A stretch of 30,593 nt of DNA from Chiloscyllium plagiosum. Lineage: Eukaryota. Each line of letters begins with the position of its first letter. Positions within the stretch are counted from its first letter, which is position 1. This document shows, piece by piece, positions 10,403 through 21,716 of the stretch. The DNA is taken from contig NC_057719.1 of assembly GCF_004010195.1 (NCBI RefSeq), positions 26,779,498-26,810,090 of the forward strand. The letters are read 5' to 3'. The notes beneath the pieces are model-generated. The model searched no databases and had not been told where the DNA came from. It saw only the letters and a list, made by a program, of their open reading frames with translations. The translations under genes and the position numbers were made by a program.

Positions 10403-12062
10403 GACTCTGATCTCCAGCATCTGCAGTCCTTACTTTCAACTGGCTACAAACTGAACACTGGATTACCTTGGGCCTCATTGTTCAGCTACACAATAGGCAA
10501 AATTGTTAAATTACAATAGTGCAATGATGTCTACAGAAGTACCGCTTTGGGATTTTCCTCTCAGTTTTGTTTGGCTCCAAAATAGAGTAACTATAACGTA
10601 CAGTAAGGAGAAACTAGCTATGGCACATCAACAGTCAAATATGAACTGCTACTTTGTCCTGATGTTATTCCTTTGACATCCAGAAGAAGAATGAGCAATT
10701 GATTGGCTAACTCAATTTTTCAGTAACAATACTACTTTCATAAGAGCTGCACAGTGAAGTTACTGTAAAATGCTGTGCTACTATACCATTTAAACAATAG
10801 TCTAAAAGAATATATAGTATACTGGTTGCATAAATTACATGTTCCATTTTCCTGAAGCAGTGATTTATTATAGTAGTTGGATTTTAACCAATTGAGATTA
10901 TACAATAAACAGCATGTTTCACTGTAATGGAATGCAAATCTAATGTTTACACTCTAAAGGGAATTAAAATAAGAAACCAGCTATTCTTGACAAATTGTAC
11001 ATGCAACATCTGTGAAACACAGAATTGATACTGCATTCAAAACTGGATATTCTCCTATTTAGACACCATTTTACAACAGATTCACGGGAACATATTGAAA
11101 TCAGAGCACTTAATGGTTGTGAGAGTTTGAAACAATAACCTGAAATGCAACAGGAAAACCCTAAAACAAAGCAGTAGCTTTACAGCATTGCACTAACAGC
11201 TGGAGGACATTAACACGTGGAGCTAGTCAGTTAAATAAAATTACAGATCAATTCTACTCAAATCACATTGCCCACAAGTGGAACTTGCCATATGGTAACT
11301 CTCCTAACAGTCCCACCAGTGCAAAGTTAACAGAACATATGACCAAAGAAGAAAAATATATTCTGTGGTGTGCTCCAGCAGTGATTGATTGCAGGGTTAA
11401 CAACATTGGTAACACATTTAATACATTATTGATCTGAACAGTTGATTTTGTGCTAGTGTACTTTCCTTCATGTATAGCCCACTTTATGACAGCATTTGCC
11501 TTGCCCACCCATATTTTAATTATAAACGCTTTTTAATTAAAAATATTTAGTTCATTTGTACACCAGTTAAAAATAAAACTGATGTTACATCCAAGGTCAA
11601 ACCAGAAATGGCAACACAAATTGCTCCACCCAATAAAGTCTGATGTCATGTCATGAACAAAGGTTTATTGTATCTTGCACCAAACCCAACCCTTGATCAG
11701 CACATCCTGTATCTTTTGTTTTTTTTTGTTAAAAAAAGAATCTCACATGGTTGCAGCTTTGCAGCATTTTAGCCTTGGGTTTGTGTCTCAAGCCTATCTT
11801 TCAAACCTGCAAATGTTATAACTTGGAAAGAGTTTTTAAAAAGTTCTCAGACCATAATGGGGAAGATGTCAACAAAACAACTCGATTTAACAACTCATCT
11901 CTGTGGTGTTTCCCACAGAAAGAGGTCCCTAACACAATCACATCTTGCTAAATGTTGTAACCTAATTAAGGAGTACCAGAATGAGAATACCTACAGCGTA
12001 ATCAACAGTTTAAAGTTACAGTACTTCTCGCATGCTCAAATTAATAAAAATATAGCTTAAAT

Positions 12063-12377
12063 GGGGGTGGCACGGCGGCTCAGTGGTTAGCACTGCTGCC
12101 TTACAGCACCAGGGTCCCGGGTTCAATTCCCGCCTCGGGCAACTGTCTGTGTAGAGTTTGCACATTCTCCCTGTGTCTGCGTGGGTTTCCTGTGGGTGCT
12201 CCGGTTTCCTCCCACAGTCACAAAGATGTGCAGGTTAGGTAAATTGGCCATGCTAAATTGCCTGTAGTGTTAGTCAGAGGGAAATGGGTCTGGGTGGGTT
12301 ACTCTTTGGAGGGTCAGTGTGGACTTGTTGGGCCGAAGGGCCTGTTTCCACACTGTAGGGAATCTAATCTAATCTAA
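12063..12377 (+). mobile_element. Full-length HE1-like V-SINE
   Basis: A-box-like CGGCTCAGTGG, B box GGTTCAATTCC, V-domain (GAGTTTGCACATTCTCCCTGTGTCTGCGTGGGTTTCC), CR1-derived tail GGGCCGAAGGGCCTGTTTCCACACTGTA and (AATCT)n end. Confidence 0.93.
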
Positions 12378-12759
12378 ATTAGGTACAGCTCTAGGGACAT
12401 CACAACTGGTTAAAAAAAAAACCAAATTGGGAAAGAGTTTCTTATCCTGCTTTCTACTATCCAGATAACACTTTTGCAAGTGGGTATTCTGTCAATGTTA
12501 GGCTTGGCTGGTGAGCCCCACAAAATGTACAGACTGATGCACAGCAACAGGATTCAAGAGAAGAACGGTTATTGGGACATGGCAGAGGGAGCAATAGCAT
12601 ACTGAAACTTTGAACTATACTCCCAACAAAAAGCCAGTATTTCAGAGGAAGAGAGATAGGAACAAAGCCACAGATGGACATTACAGGCAGCAATTTTAAT
12701 AACTTATGGAAATTCATTAAATTGTACACAAAATACATCAGCAATCACATAACATAAAA

Positions 12760-12915
12760 TAGATATTTTGAAGGTGGAGGTAGATTTTTATTTGATAAGG
12801 TAATCAATGTTACAGGGAGCAGAGCGGATTGTAGAACTTGAAACATAATGATCAACCATTATCTTGCTGAATGGCAAAAAGAGGTTAAATAGTCTACTTC
12901 TGCCTTATTCCAAAT
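12760..12915 (+). mobile_element. Old CR1 LINE 3' fragment
   Basis: TTGAAGGTGGAGGTAGA...GATCAACCATTATCTTGCTGAATGGC resembles a CR1 subfamily 3' UTR; a similar piece lies at ~2735-2800. Confidence 0.45.
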
Positions 12916-13659
12916 GTATTAGAAATCTAGTAAAACTTCAGATGGTTATCTCTAAATTGCTACAATTAGACCTTAAAGGAACAAAGCTTTGGGCCTCAGA
13001 TGCGCCTTGTATTGAACTGTGTTCCTTTTTAAAAGAAAACTTGTAGAATAAAAGCTTGTAACATTATGCTGAGAGAAATATAATTAATTATTAGAAATTG
13101 TTTAAACCTTTAGAGGCACTGGTCTCTTTCGATCTTGCTTGGATTTGAAGGTGGATCCAGAGGATTGGAAATCTGCAAAACTATACCCTCGTTCAAAACA
13201 GCAGAAAGATTGGCTCAGCAATTACAGATCAGTCAGTTTAACTTCAGTGGTCAGGAGACTTCAAGAAACAATTATTAAGTTTAGAATTAATGGTGACATG
13301 GAAAATGTGAATAAATACAGAAGAGTCAGCATGCATTTGTTTGGGAAAAATGGTGTCCACCTTGTTGGGATTTTTTTTCCCCCCCGAAGAGGTGACAGAC
13401 AAGGTTGAGAAGGGGAAGGCTGTTGACGTGGTATACATGGACCTCCTGGAGATATTCGATAATGTATCACACAAACTTGAAAGGAAGGTTATAGGTGCTG
13501 TAATAAAAGGAACAGTAGTAACAGGGATACAAAATTAGCTCAGGCATATGAAATAGAAATAATGGTTACTGGGTATTTTTCCAAAGGGAAGGAGGTTTCT
13601 AGTGGAGTTCTCCAGGCATCAGATATTGCTTTGGTCAATATAAATTAATCATCTAACCT

Positions 13660-14095
13660 CGTCCCCTGCACTCCCAAGATCGACAAGTCAGAGGATGGCT
13701 CAAGAACCCGCAGAATTGTAAACCATCTGGCCTAGCATGGCGATTTCTCAGTGGCCCAGTGTGGTCTTGAGGTGATTCCTTAAAGCGCAGTCCCACCGTG
13801 GCTACGCACTTAAAGACTGTATTGTTTGAACTTTCAGCTTTATTTCTTTACTTTCTGTTAAAATTAAGAAGGTCTGCAAAGTGTGACTTCTAACCTTACT
13901 TTGTACGTTTATGCCATCCTACACTTACTGCAGTGTTTAACTTTAAACTTTTTTTTCCTCTCAGTCTTAAGATTCTATACCTAGGTACTTGTACCTAAGA
14001 TGGTGCCTTGTGTGGCAATATTATACACTTGTCACTGAACTTCTGTGCTTTTACACTTGCATACACATGACAATAAAAATCAAAACAAAAATCAG
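13660..14095 (+). mobile_element. 5'-truncated copy of the non-coding retroposon also found at 24271-25305
   Basis: Shares CTATACCTAGGTAC..GTAC..AAGAT..TGC and ACA(T/C)(G/A)TGACAATAAA plus an A-rich microsatellite tail with the reverse complement of 24271-24470. Confidence 0.7.
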
Positions 14096-14894
14096 TGAGG
14101 TGGTCATGTAACATTGGTGGAGTGAGCAGATAGGTAGCAGACAAAGTTCGATGCAGAAAAGTTAGAGGTGAAGCACCTAGTACAAAGAACTCAAGGCAAT
14201 AGAAAACAAAAAGGATGCTATTCTAAAGGGTGTATAAGAGCTGGGAGACCTGGAGGCATATGTACATGATTTATTAAAAAGATAGCAAGACAGGTAGAAA
14301 GAGGTATTAATTAATTGAGCAGTATCCTAGGTGTCACAAATAGGAGGATAAAGTACAAATACAACAAGTTATAATGAAATTGTACAATGCACAGGTTAGA
14401 ACTCAGTTGGAGTATGTGCCACCCGAGAGGAAGGACGTAAAAGCATTGATCATAGAAGAAGAATCCTGACAGATTTGAAGAGTTGGGGAGAGTGCAGAGG
14501 AGTTTGAGAGAATGGTTCCTCAGATGAGACACTTCCATATTGGAAAAGTTGGAACTGTTTTCCTTGGAGACATGGCAAAGAGGAGATTCAACAGGAGTCT
14601 TGAAAATCATTGAGGGTCTGGACAGAGTGGATAGGGAGAAACTGTATTGACTTATAAAAGAGAGAGCAGAGGTTTAAATTTTTCACAAAAGAAGCAAATA
14701 TAATGAAGATAAGATAGTTAAGATAGTTAACATAGATAATTGAATGTACGACCTGCATATGATTATTATTTAAATAGGAATATTGTCTTTGGAATGTCTC
14801 AACTAAACCTGTCCCCACCAGAGGCATTCAAGAGGGTATTGGACAATTATTTAACTGAAACAATGTGCAGGGTTAAAAACGGGGAAAAAATATA

Positions 14895-15208
14895 GAGCAG
14901 CACAGTGGCTCAACAGTTATCACTGCTGTCTCACAGTGCCAGGGACCCGGCTTCGATTTCCCCTTCAAGTGACGGTCTGTGAGGAGTTTGCACATTCTCC
15001 CTGTGTCTGCATGGGTTTCCACCCATAATCCAAAGATGTGCAGGTCAAGTCAATTGACAATGCTAAATTGCCCATAGTGTTAGGTGCCTTAGTCAGGGGT
15101 AAATATAGGGTAGGGGAATGGGTCTGGGCGGATTACTCTTAGGAGGGTTGGTCTGGACTTGTTGTGCCAAAGGGCCTGTTTCCATACTGTAGGGAATCTA
15201 ATCTAATC
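14895..15208 (+). mobile_element. HE1-like V-SINE nested in the CR1 3' end
   Basis: Decayed tRNA head, V-domain and GGGCCTGTTTCCATACTGTAGGGAATCTAATCTAATC tail. Confidence 0.9.
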
Positions 15209-15335
15209 AGCCCCATGTCAAAATGCTCAGAGAATTGGTGCAGATACCTTCTGAACTGTAAACTTCTGAGATTAAATATCACATAGCAAGTGCATCTTTA
15301 CCCTACACTTGAAACCTGTCAGGATTAGTGCAGTG

Positions 15336-15467
15336 GGAGAAAGTGAGGAATACAGATGTTGATGACCAGAGTCAAGAGTGTGCGGTGCTGGAAAAGCACA
15401 GCAGGTCATGCAGCAGCCAAGGAGCAGGAGAATCAATGTTTCGGGCAGGACCCCTTCATCAGGAATC
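15336..15467 (-). mobile_element. Penelope pseudo-LTR solo copy with a decayed hammerhead motif
   Basis: The reverse complement reads ATTCCTGATGAAGGGGTCCTGCCCGAAACATTGATTCTCCT... and is flanked by the imperfect direct repeats ATTAGTGCAGTG (15324-15335) and ATTAGCACAGTG (15470-15481). Confidence 0.8.
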
Positions 15468-15554
15468 GAATTAGCACAGTGTTAGCCAACACAAGCCCAA
15501 AGTTGGAACCCGTATCTATCACTGACTAAGGTGTTCTTGGATCACCGTATGACT

Positions 15555-16262
15555 AATGAATACTTCTGAAATGTAGTGAAACACGATAAGGCAATTCAAG
15601 CACAGCACAATGTCCCATTTGATTTGCTTTCCATAACGCAGAGAAGGTCAACAGGAAACTTGGCAGAGGTGTTCAAAATTATAGTCTGAGCTGATAGAGA
15701 GATCCTGTTGCAACTGGTGCAAAACTCTAGAGCTAGAGTGCACAAATGAAAGCAAAAAAACTAAAGGTGACTTGAAAAAAAAACTTCCATTAACAAAAAA
15801 CAGCATTATAATCTGGTATGCAATGCCCGAAAGGATAGCATTGGCAGATTCAAACATTGCTTTCAAACTAAATAATTGCAGGGGCAAGGTCAAGGGAGTA
15901 AGATCAGTAGGTCTGCTGCTACAAAGAGCCAACACAATCTCAATTGGCCAAATGGCTTCCTCCTATACTTTAACTACTCTGTGATTGCAAAAGCAGTGCA
16001 ACAGCATTCATATAATTTTATGAGATTTTAACGGAATCATAAACATTGGCCAGGGCTTTGGGAGAACATCACTACTTTTCAAATGGTGCCACTGGATCTT
16101 TTGCACTTATTTATGAGGCAAACCACAACTGGTTCAATTTTTCACATGAATGTTGATACCACTGAAGGTACAGTTCCCTCTCAGTCCAATGCTAATATGT
16201 TTAAATCTCTGCAATGACCCTTAAACTCATGACCTCTGACTCACTAAGAATGCTACAAAGAC
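15555..16262 (-). mobile_element. Ancient Deu-domain SINE (SacSINE1/AmnSINE-like), split by a CR1 3' fragment
   Basis: GAATACTTCTGAAATGTAGT, ATAAACATTGGCCAGG...GGGAGAAC, GGTGCCACTGGATCTTTT and CTCATGACCTCTGACTCA resemble the DeuSINE consensus as I recall it, in reverse orientation. Highly diverged. Confidence 0.5.
15625..15986 (+). mobile_element. Old CR1 LINE 3' fragment
   Basis: Remnants of GNLAEVFKI and IWYAMPE; 3' UTR GGCCAAATGGCTTCCTCCT...CTCTGTGATT. Confidence 0.6.
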
Positions 16263-16477
16263 AACAAGATTATCATCCAAGTAATAATTCAATTAAAATG
16301 TAACATTTTTATGGCAGATGTTGAACTTCATAATTAATATTTATTGCCAGTCATTTTATTAAAAATAATTGATGGAACAATGTCACAAATTGTGATAGGT
16401 ATAAATTAGTTAATTTAACAGATTTATCTGGTTGGCATCCTCTCATGCTCAAAAATTTAAACAATATAATTTAAAAA

Positions 16478-16568
16478 GGGAATGCAAGAAACGTCCAGTA
16501 GGTCAGACAGCATCTGCTATGGGAAACCAGATTAATATTTGAATATAATCTTTGGTCAGAACTGGGAA
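16478..16568 (-). mobile_element. Highly decayed Penelope pseudo-LTR fragment
   Basis: CAGTAGGTCAGACAGCATCTG resembles CAGCAGGTCAGGCAGCATC in the other copies; a related scrap lies at ~5129-5163. Confidence 0.4.
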
Positions 16569-17630
16569 ACCAACAAACAAAACAAAAATGGAGGTACCAA
16601 CAGTTTAAAAAAAAGATGCATTCAGGTGACTACTTTATCACTTAGAAGTTAAAAGGATCTAAAAGTATGTACCTTTTTAAATATGCAAATATTATATTTA
16701 TATTAATACAAGTTAAAAAGTAGTGTTATATAATGTAGGCTATATAGTCTGCTCTGAACTTGAAGTTTATTCACTCCAAACAAATTTGTATTATCTACGT
16801 TTCAAATGAAACGGCACAAAATAAACAGAATATGAACAATTCTTTGGAGCAAAACAGTCCAGATTTGTTGGATTAAGATCATTTAAAGCATGCAATAGAA
16901 AAAGTACAATTAAAGCAAGAGTGTGATCCAATATTTTATTCAAATGCTACCGTGATAGGGAACCTAATGGCGTGCACTAGTACTGTTGTTGAAATCTACA
17001 TTCATGAAACCTGAGACGAAGTTCATTTGCAACAGTACAACAGCAATCCCACACAATCACAAATAAATATATGGGAATGGAGCCCATACTGGCTAAATGT
17101 GTGCTTGCACGCCGCATGCCTACAGCGTGATCATTTACTCCCACCCACAGATCCTGGGGTGAAACTTGGGTGAGGGGGAGGAGAGTGGACAACTTAACTC
17201 ACTCAATGTAGTTATTGCAATTAATTGAGCCACATGAGCAAGTTTTCCAGGACTTCTCCCTCCCCCCCCCGCGGGAACTGCTGTTTAGCTTTTTTCTTGC
17301 AAACTCAGATTCTTTTCGCCTGAGATCACTTTATTTACAGGAAAAACTGCCACCCATAGCATGGAAAATCTAACCCTGCTGAGTGAGCGCCTGGCTGGTC
17401 TACTGTGTAGCCATCACTCAGCCATCTCCTTATCTTTTCCCCACCCCAACCAACAAAAAAAGTCCTCAACCCTCCCCCTCCACCGGATAGCATCTCGACC
17501 TAAACAGGTAACAAAGAGCCCAGACTGGAGGGGGGGAAAAAAAGAGGAAAAAGACTTAACCGGGGTCTGGAGGTCAGCCCGGACCCAGAGGCCTGTGGCT
17601 GGGCGAGTCACCGGCCTCTCTCTCTCTCAC

Positions 17631-17799
17631 CTGCATAGTGGTCGAACACGGTCGGCACATATTCCTCCGGGAAGGCGTCGTTGGCGTAGCTCATGAGCAG
17701 ACAGGTCTTCCCCACCGCGCCGTCCCCCACCACCACACACTTCAGCATGTGCCGCTGCTGCTGGGCTAGCGGCCGCTGCTCTTTTCCAGCCCCCGGCAT
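17631..17799 (-). CDS. RHOJ: First coding exon of a TC10-subfamily Rho GTPase (RhoJ/TCL favoured; RhoQ/TC10 not excluded)
   Basis: Translates to [56 protein letters not shown], the P-loop and switch I segment shared by RhoJ and RhoQ. The ATG is in an accATG context. The 169 nt end in phase 1 at GCAG|gtgaga. The 17-aa extension and very long intron 1 favour RHOJ (symbol confidence ~0.7). Confidence 0.95.
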
Positions 17800-17804
17800 G
17801 GTCC

Positions 17805-17825
17805 TCAGCGCCAGCCACTCGCCAT
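17805..17825 (-). other. Upstream ORF (MASGWR*) in the presumptive 5' UTR
   Basis: gcgATGGCGAGTGGCTGGCGCTGAggaccATG: -3 G and +4 G context, out of frame, with the stop 5 nt before the main ATG. Confidence 0.6.
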
Positions 17826-18899
17826 CGCTCTCTCTCTCTCTCTTCTCGGTGCCGGTCAGTCACTGCCGACTCTTCCAGCCTCCCTCTCCACTCTCAGGAA
17901 ATGAGTTTCCCGGTAAATCCAAATTAGGAGATGTGCAAAGCAGCGGCTAACACAATGGGAGCTGTGTGTGTGTGTCACGGAACTGCGCCAGGATCTTTAG
18001 CTAAATCCCAAGAGCGTCTGCTTCCTTCCAATTTCTTTTCTAACGCAGGGAAACTGCAAAGGCACGGCTCACTCTTCGGCCTCTTGTCTGTTTTTCTGTT
18101 CCCCTCAAGACGCCAGAAACTCAACCTTAAACCTGGATTTCACTCGACCATGCCGGCATACGAGCTCCATTTCAAGTTGGTGCTGGTGTAATCTGATAGT
18201 TCATGGGGAGGGAAGCATACTGGGTCCAACGACGCAGAGAGAGTGGAAAAGCAGCCTGAAATCTTGTAATTCAAATCCCCACGAGAGTTAACCGTGACTC
18301 TCATTTAGAAGATGTTTTTTTCAATGTCACAAAAATTTGGTGAGAGATCACATAAGTAAAATCTTTCACAAGGGATGAATGGGAATATGAAAATGGTGAC
18401 AACCTTGCATTCGTATTATTAGGAACCAGTTAAGATTGTGTGGAAGCGAGTTTACAACTACTGTAGAATTGTTGGTTTTATAGCCATCAGACACGCGTTA
18501 TTGTGTGGTGAGAAGGATAATTGTATACATTGTATATTAAAGTTTAATTTTAGTACACTTTTCGATACAATTTTACATATGTATTGGCACCTCTAATTAA
18601 TGAGGAGACCGGCGTGAAAGTAACAAATATCGCACATTAAGTAGAAACAAACTTATTTGCACTTTGTGTAAAATAAAAGCAAGTTGTTTCAGGTAAGACT
18701 CAGAAGAGTAAAATGTTTCATAGATTGTTTTAGAAACATTCCAAAGTGTCATCTAAAACTGGAATTGTAACATATATCAAAATAGCGATGTAAGTTTCGT
18801 TTACATTCTTCTATAGTGACCAGCGTGCGAGTCTAAACATATTTACGTGTGATTAAATAGTTAAGGTGAAATCTTGGCCTGAGTTCTGAGATCCGCTGT

Positions 18900-19200
18900 G
18901 ACTTATCATATGCATTCTATTATTGTATATGATTTTTAGAGGCGGAAAAAAACCTCTGCTGTTATAGGTCATTGAAAATAGTCCAGTGTCCGTTTTCCGG
19001 ACTGCTGTTTCCTGTGATACTGTGTTCAATGGCAACAGAACGTTCTCTGACGTGTAAATATTTAGCTTCAGAGGAGAACAGACAGACACTAAATACAGAT
19101 GGATGATCCCTTCCTCGTGCACATAATTAATTCCACGACCTCCCTCCACCCAATTGCCGGCTAAAACAAAACGTTGTAAAAGGAAACAGGAAGTTAGATG
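18900..19200. promoter_or_regulatory. Candidate endothelial-type enhancer (ETS / FOX:ETS / GATA / SOX motif cluster)
   Basis: AAACAGGAAGT (19184-19194), TGTTTCCTGT (19006-19015), TTTCCGG (18994-19000), CGGAAA (18943-18948), CTTCCT (19110-19115), CTTATCA (18902-18908), CATTGAA (18970-18976) and TTCAATG (19025-19031). CpGs are retained locally. Motif evidence only. Confidence 0.4.
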
Positions 19201-19817
19201 ATATCTTATTTTAACCATGGGAAATTGTAGCAAGTTCAATGGTTCATTCAAAACCAGATATGTTGTTTAAATCCAGATACCAGAAGCCGATTTCGGTGCA
19301 AACATGGTTAGCGATGGCATTGTTTCAACTATTTTCTCGAGGAAATATGAGCTAAAGCATGTTTGTGAAGGGATTTGGTTTGTTCTAACCACTCCCCCTT
19401 CTATTTTATTGTAATCAAATGTATAAACCCGTCTCATTGGATATCTTGCAGGTCACAAGCTAATTAAATGTCCTCTCTAGAGAGAGGTTATGATCAAATT
19501 CACAAAGGAACGAAAGAAATAGGTTTTTATCACAGCGTAGGCATTTTCAGTTTAAAAAAAGTGAAGTAATATTTTAATGGTGAGTGAAAACAGAGCTGCA
19601 AAAAGGAACACTTATTGAAGATATCTATTGACAATGTAACACTTGCTTAAAAATAATGATGGAACATACATTACTAGATGCTGAAAATTACTCCTAACAT
19701 CAATTTGCAGACATACATTAAAACTTTTTACTTTGGAGTTGATAGTAACCATTAACCCTGGGACAATCAGTCTATACCATTAGGGCCCTTAAATATCAGC
19801 AAGGCCACCATATATGG

Positions 19818-21544
19818 AACTGCAGGTTATGGGTGAGATACTAAACAATTACTTTGCATCAGTGTTTCCTCTGGGCGATATGGAAGATAGAGAATGTGGG
19901 GAAATAAATAGCGACATCTTTAAAAGTATCCCTATTCCAGAGGAGGAGGAGCTGGATGTCTAAAAATGCATAGAAGTGAATAAATCCCCAGGATTAGATC
20001 AGGTGTACCCTTGAATTTTGTAGGAAGCTAGGAGTGTGATTGCTGGGTCCCTTGCTGAGATATTTGTAACATCGTTAGTCACAAGTAAGGTGCCAGAAGA
20101 CTGCAGTTTGGCTAACATGGTGCCATTGTTTAAGAAAGGTGGTAAGGAAACACCAGGGAATTAAACACCAGTGAGCCTGACATCAGTGGTGGGCAAGTTG
20201 TTGGAGAGGATTCTGCAGGGCCGGAATTTTCACATATTTGGAAAGGCAGGGACTGATTAGGCATAGTCATCATGGCTTTGTGGGTGGGAAATTACGTCTC
20301 ACTAACTTGAGTTTTTTTGAAGAAGCGATGAAGTGGATTGCTGAGGGCAGAGCAGTGAACGTAATCTATGTGGACTTCAGTCAGTTGATCGAAAAGGTTC
20401 AGCATGAGAGATTAATTGGCAAGGTTGGATCACATGGAATACAGGAAGAACCAGCCATTTGTATACAGAACTGGCTTGAAGGTAGAAGACAGGTTGTTGG
20501 CAGAGAGTTGTTTTTTGGGCTGGAGGCCTGTGACCAGCGGAGTGCCACAGGGATTGGTGCTAGGTCCACTGCTTTTGTCATTTATATAAATGATTAGGAT
20601 GTGAATATAGGAGGTATGGTTAGTAAATTTTCAGATGACACCAAAATTGGAGGTGTCGTGGACAGTGAAGAAGGTTCTCTCAGTACTATGGAACCTCGAT
20701 CAGATGGGCCAATGGGTCAGGGAATGGCAGATAGAGGTTAATTTAGATAAATGTGGGGTGCTGCATTTTGGAAAGGCAAATCAGAGCAGGGCTCATACAC
20801 TTAATGGTAAGGTCTTGGGAAGTGTTGCTGAGCAAAGGGACATTGGAGTACAGGTTCATAATTCGGAGAAAGTGGAATTGCAGGTAGTCAGGACAGTGAA
20901 GAAGGCATTTGGTATGTTTCTCTTTATTGGTCAGTACATTGAGTACAGGAGGTGGGAGGTCTTGTTGTGGCTGTACAGGACATTAGTTAGGCCACTTTTG
21001 GAATACTGCATTTCATTCTGGTCTCCTTGCTACAGGAAAGATTTTGTTAAATTTGAAAATGTTCAGAAAAGATTTACATAGATGTTGCGAGGGTTAGAGA
21101 GTTTGAACTTTAGGGAGAGGCTGAACAGCCTGGGGCTGTTTTACCTAGAGTGTCGGAGGCTGAGGGGTGACCTTATAGAGGTTTATAAAAGCATGAGGGG
21201 GCGTGGATAGGGTGAATAGTCAAGGTCTTTTCTCCAGGGTAGGGGAGTCTAAAACTGGAGGGCATTGGTTTAAGGTGAGAGGAGAAAGATTTAAAAGGGA
21301 TCTAAGGGACAACTTTTTCACGCAGAGGGTGGTGCATGTATTGAATAAACTGGCAGAAGAGGTGGTGGAGTCTGGTACAATTGTAACATGTAAAAGTCAT
21401 CTGGATGGGTATATGAATAGGAAGGATTTAGAGAGATATGGGCTAGGTGCTGGCAGGTGGGACTAGATTGGATTAGGATATCTGGTCGGCTTGGAGGAGT
21501 TTGACTGAAGGTCTGTTTCTGTACTATACAACGCTATAACTGTA
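19818..21544 (+). mobile_element. 5'-truncated CR1 (HER1-like) LINE, ~1.7 kb, disrupted ORF2
   Basis: Fragments KSPGLDQVYP, PVSLTSVVGKLLE, VIYVDFS, FVIYIND, LYRTLVRPLLEYC and FFTQRVV across frameshifts and stops; typical 3' UTR. Confidence 0.95.
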
Positions 21545-21716
21545 TTTCAATTCATGTTAGTGGCTACACACCTTCTGTAAAGAGGTTCTGCTGTGATCGG
21601 GGATGCTAACGGTCCAAATTAAATATCATGGAATCACAAATAACCAACTGACACACATAAAGGAGTAATGTTCCTTCCAAATTCATTTTTTCGATGGGTA
21701 AGAGTAAGTGAGATAT

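Larger units (their letters stand above)
10071..10437. mobile_element. Penelope-derived head-to-head pseudo-LTR palindrome (centre GGAA|TTCC at 10168/10169); right arm interrupted by a 159-bp templated insertion
   Basis: 10089-10168 and 10169-10246 are reverse complements. The right arm resumes at 10403 (GACTCTGATCTCCAGCATCTGCAGTCCTTACTTTC), as in the copy at 23682-23810. Confidence 0.85.
13125..15275 (+). mobile_element. Degenerate CR1 LINE (RT region to 3' end), interrupted by inserts at 13660-14095 and 14895-15208
   Basis: Frameshifted motifs VDPEDWKSA, NYRSVSLTSVV, EEVTDKVEKGKAVDVVYMD, and later LYNAQVRTQLEY and LELFSLE. Confidence 0.8.
17260..18300. promoter_or_regulatory. CpG-rich promoter/first-exon region of the Rho GTPase gene
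   Basis: Visibly higher GC and CpG content than the flanks, with no TEs. Contains ETS-type CAGGAAAT (17895-17902), tandem GGAAGGAAGC on the minus strand (18020-18029), (CT)n at 17828-17843 and (TG)n at 17963-17975. The TSS cannot be determined. Confidence 0.7.

Noticed and set aside
12063..12140. tRNA-like sequences with A and B boxes (also at 21717, 14895 and 9601)
   Set aside because: These are SINE heads followed by a V-domain and LINE tail, not tRNA genes.
12201..12221. Minus strand encodes VTVGGNR, resembling Rho exon 2 (VTVGGKQ)
   Set aside because: It lies in the V-domain of a SINE, has no LLGLYDTAGQ continuation and has no fitting splice sites.
704..12744. Numerous 60-110 aa ORFs in intron 1
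   Set aside because: No recognisable domains; many use non-ATG starts or overlap repeats.
17587..17619. AGAGGCC/GGCCTCT hairpin just inside the donor site
   Set aside because: Only 7 bp in GC-rich DNA, as expected by chance.
17608..17630. ORF-track extension GERERGR* of the GTPase
   Set aside because: Read-through into the intron past the GT donor at 17630.
17361..17950. Overlapping ORFs 17361..17696, 17627..17863 and 17693..17950
   Set aside because: Shadow frames of a GC-rich exon with no recognisable domains.
18853..19251. 132-aa minus-strand ORF upstream of the gene
   Set aside because: Non-ATG start, no recognisable homology or coding-like composition; better explained as regulatory DNA.
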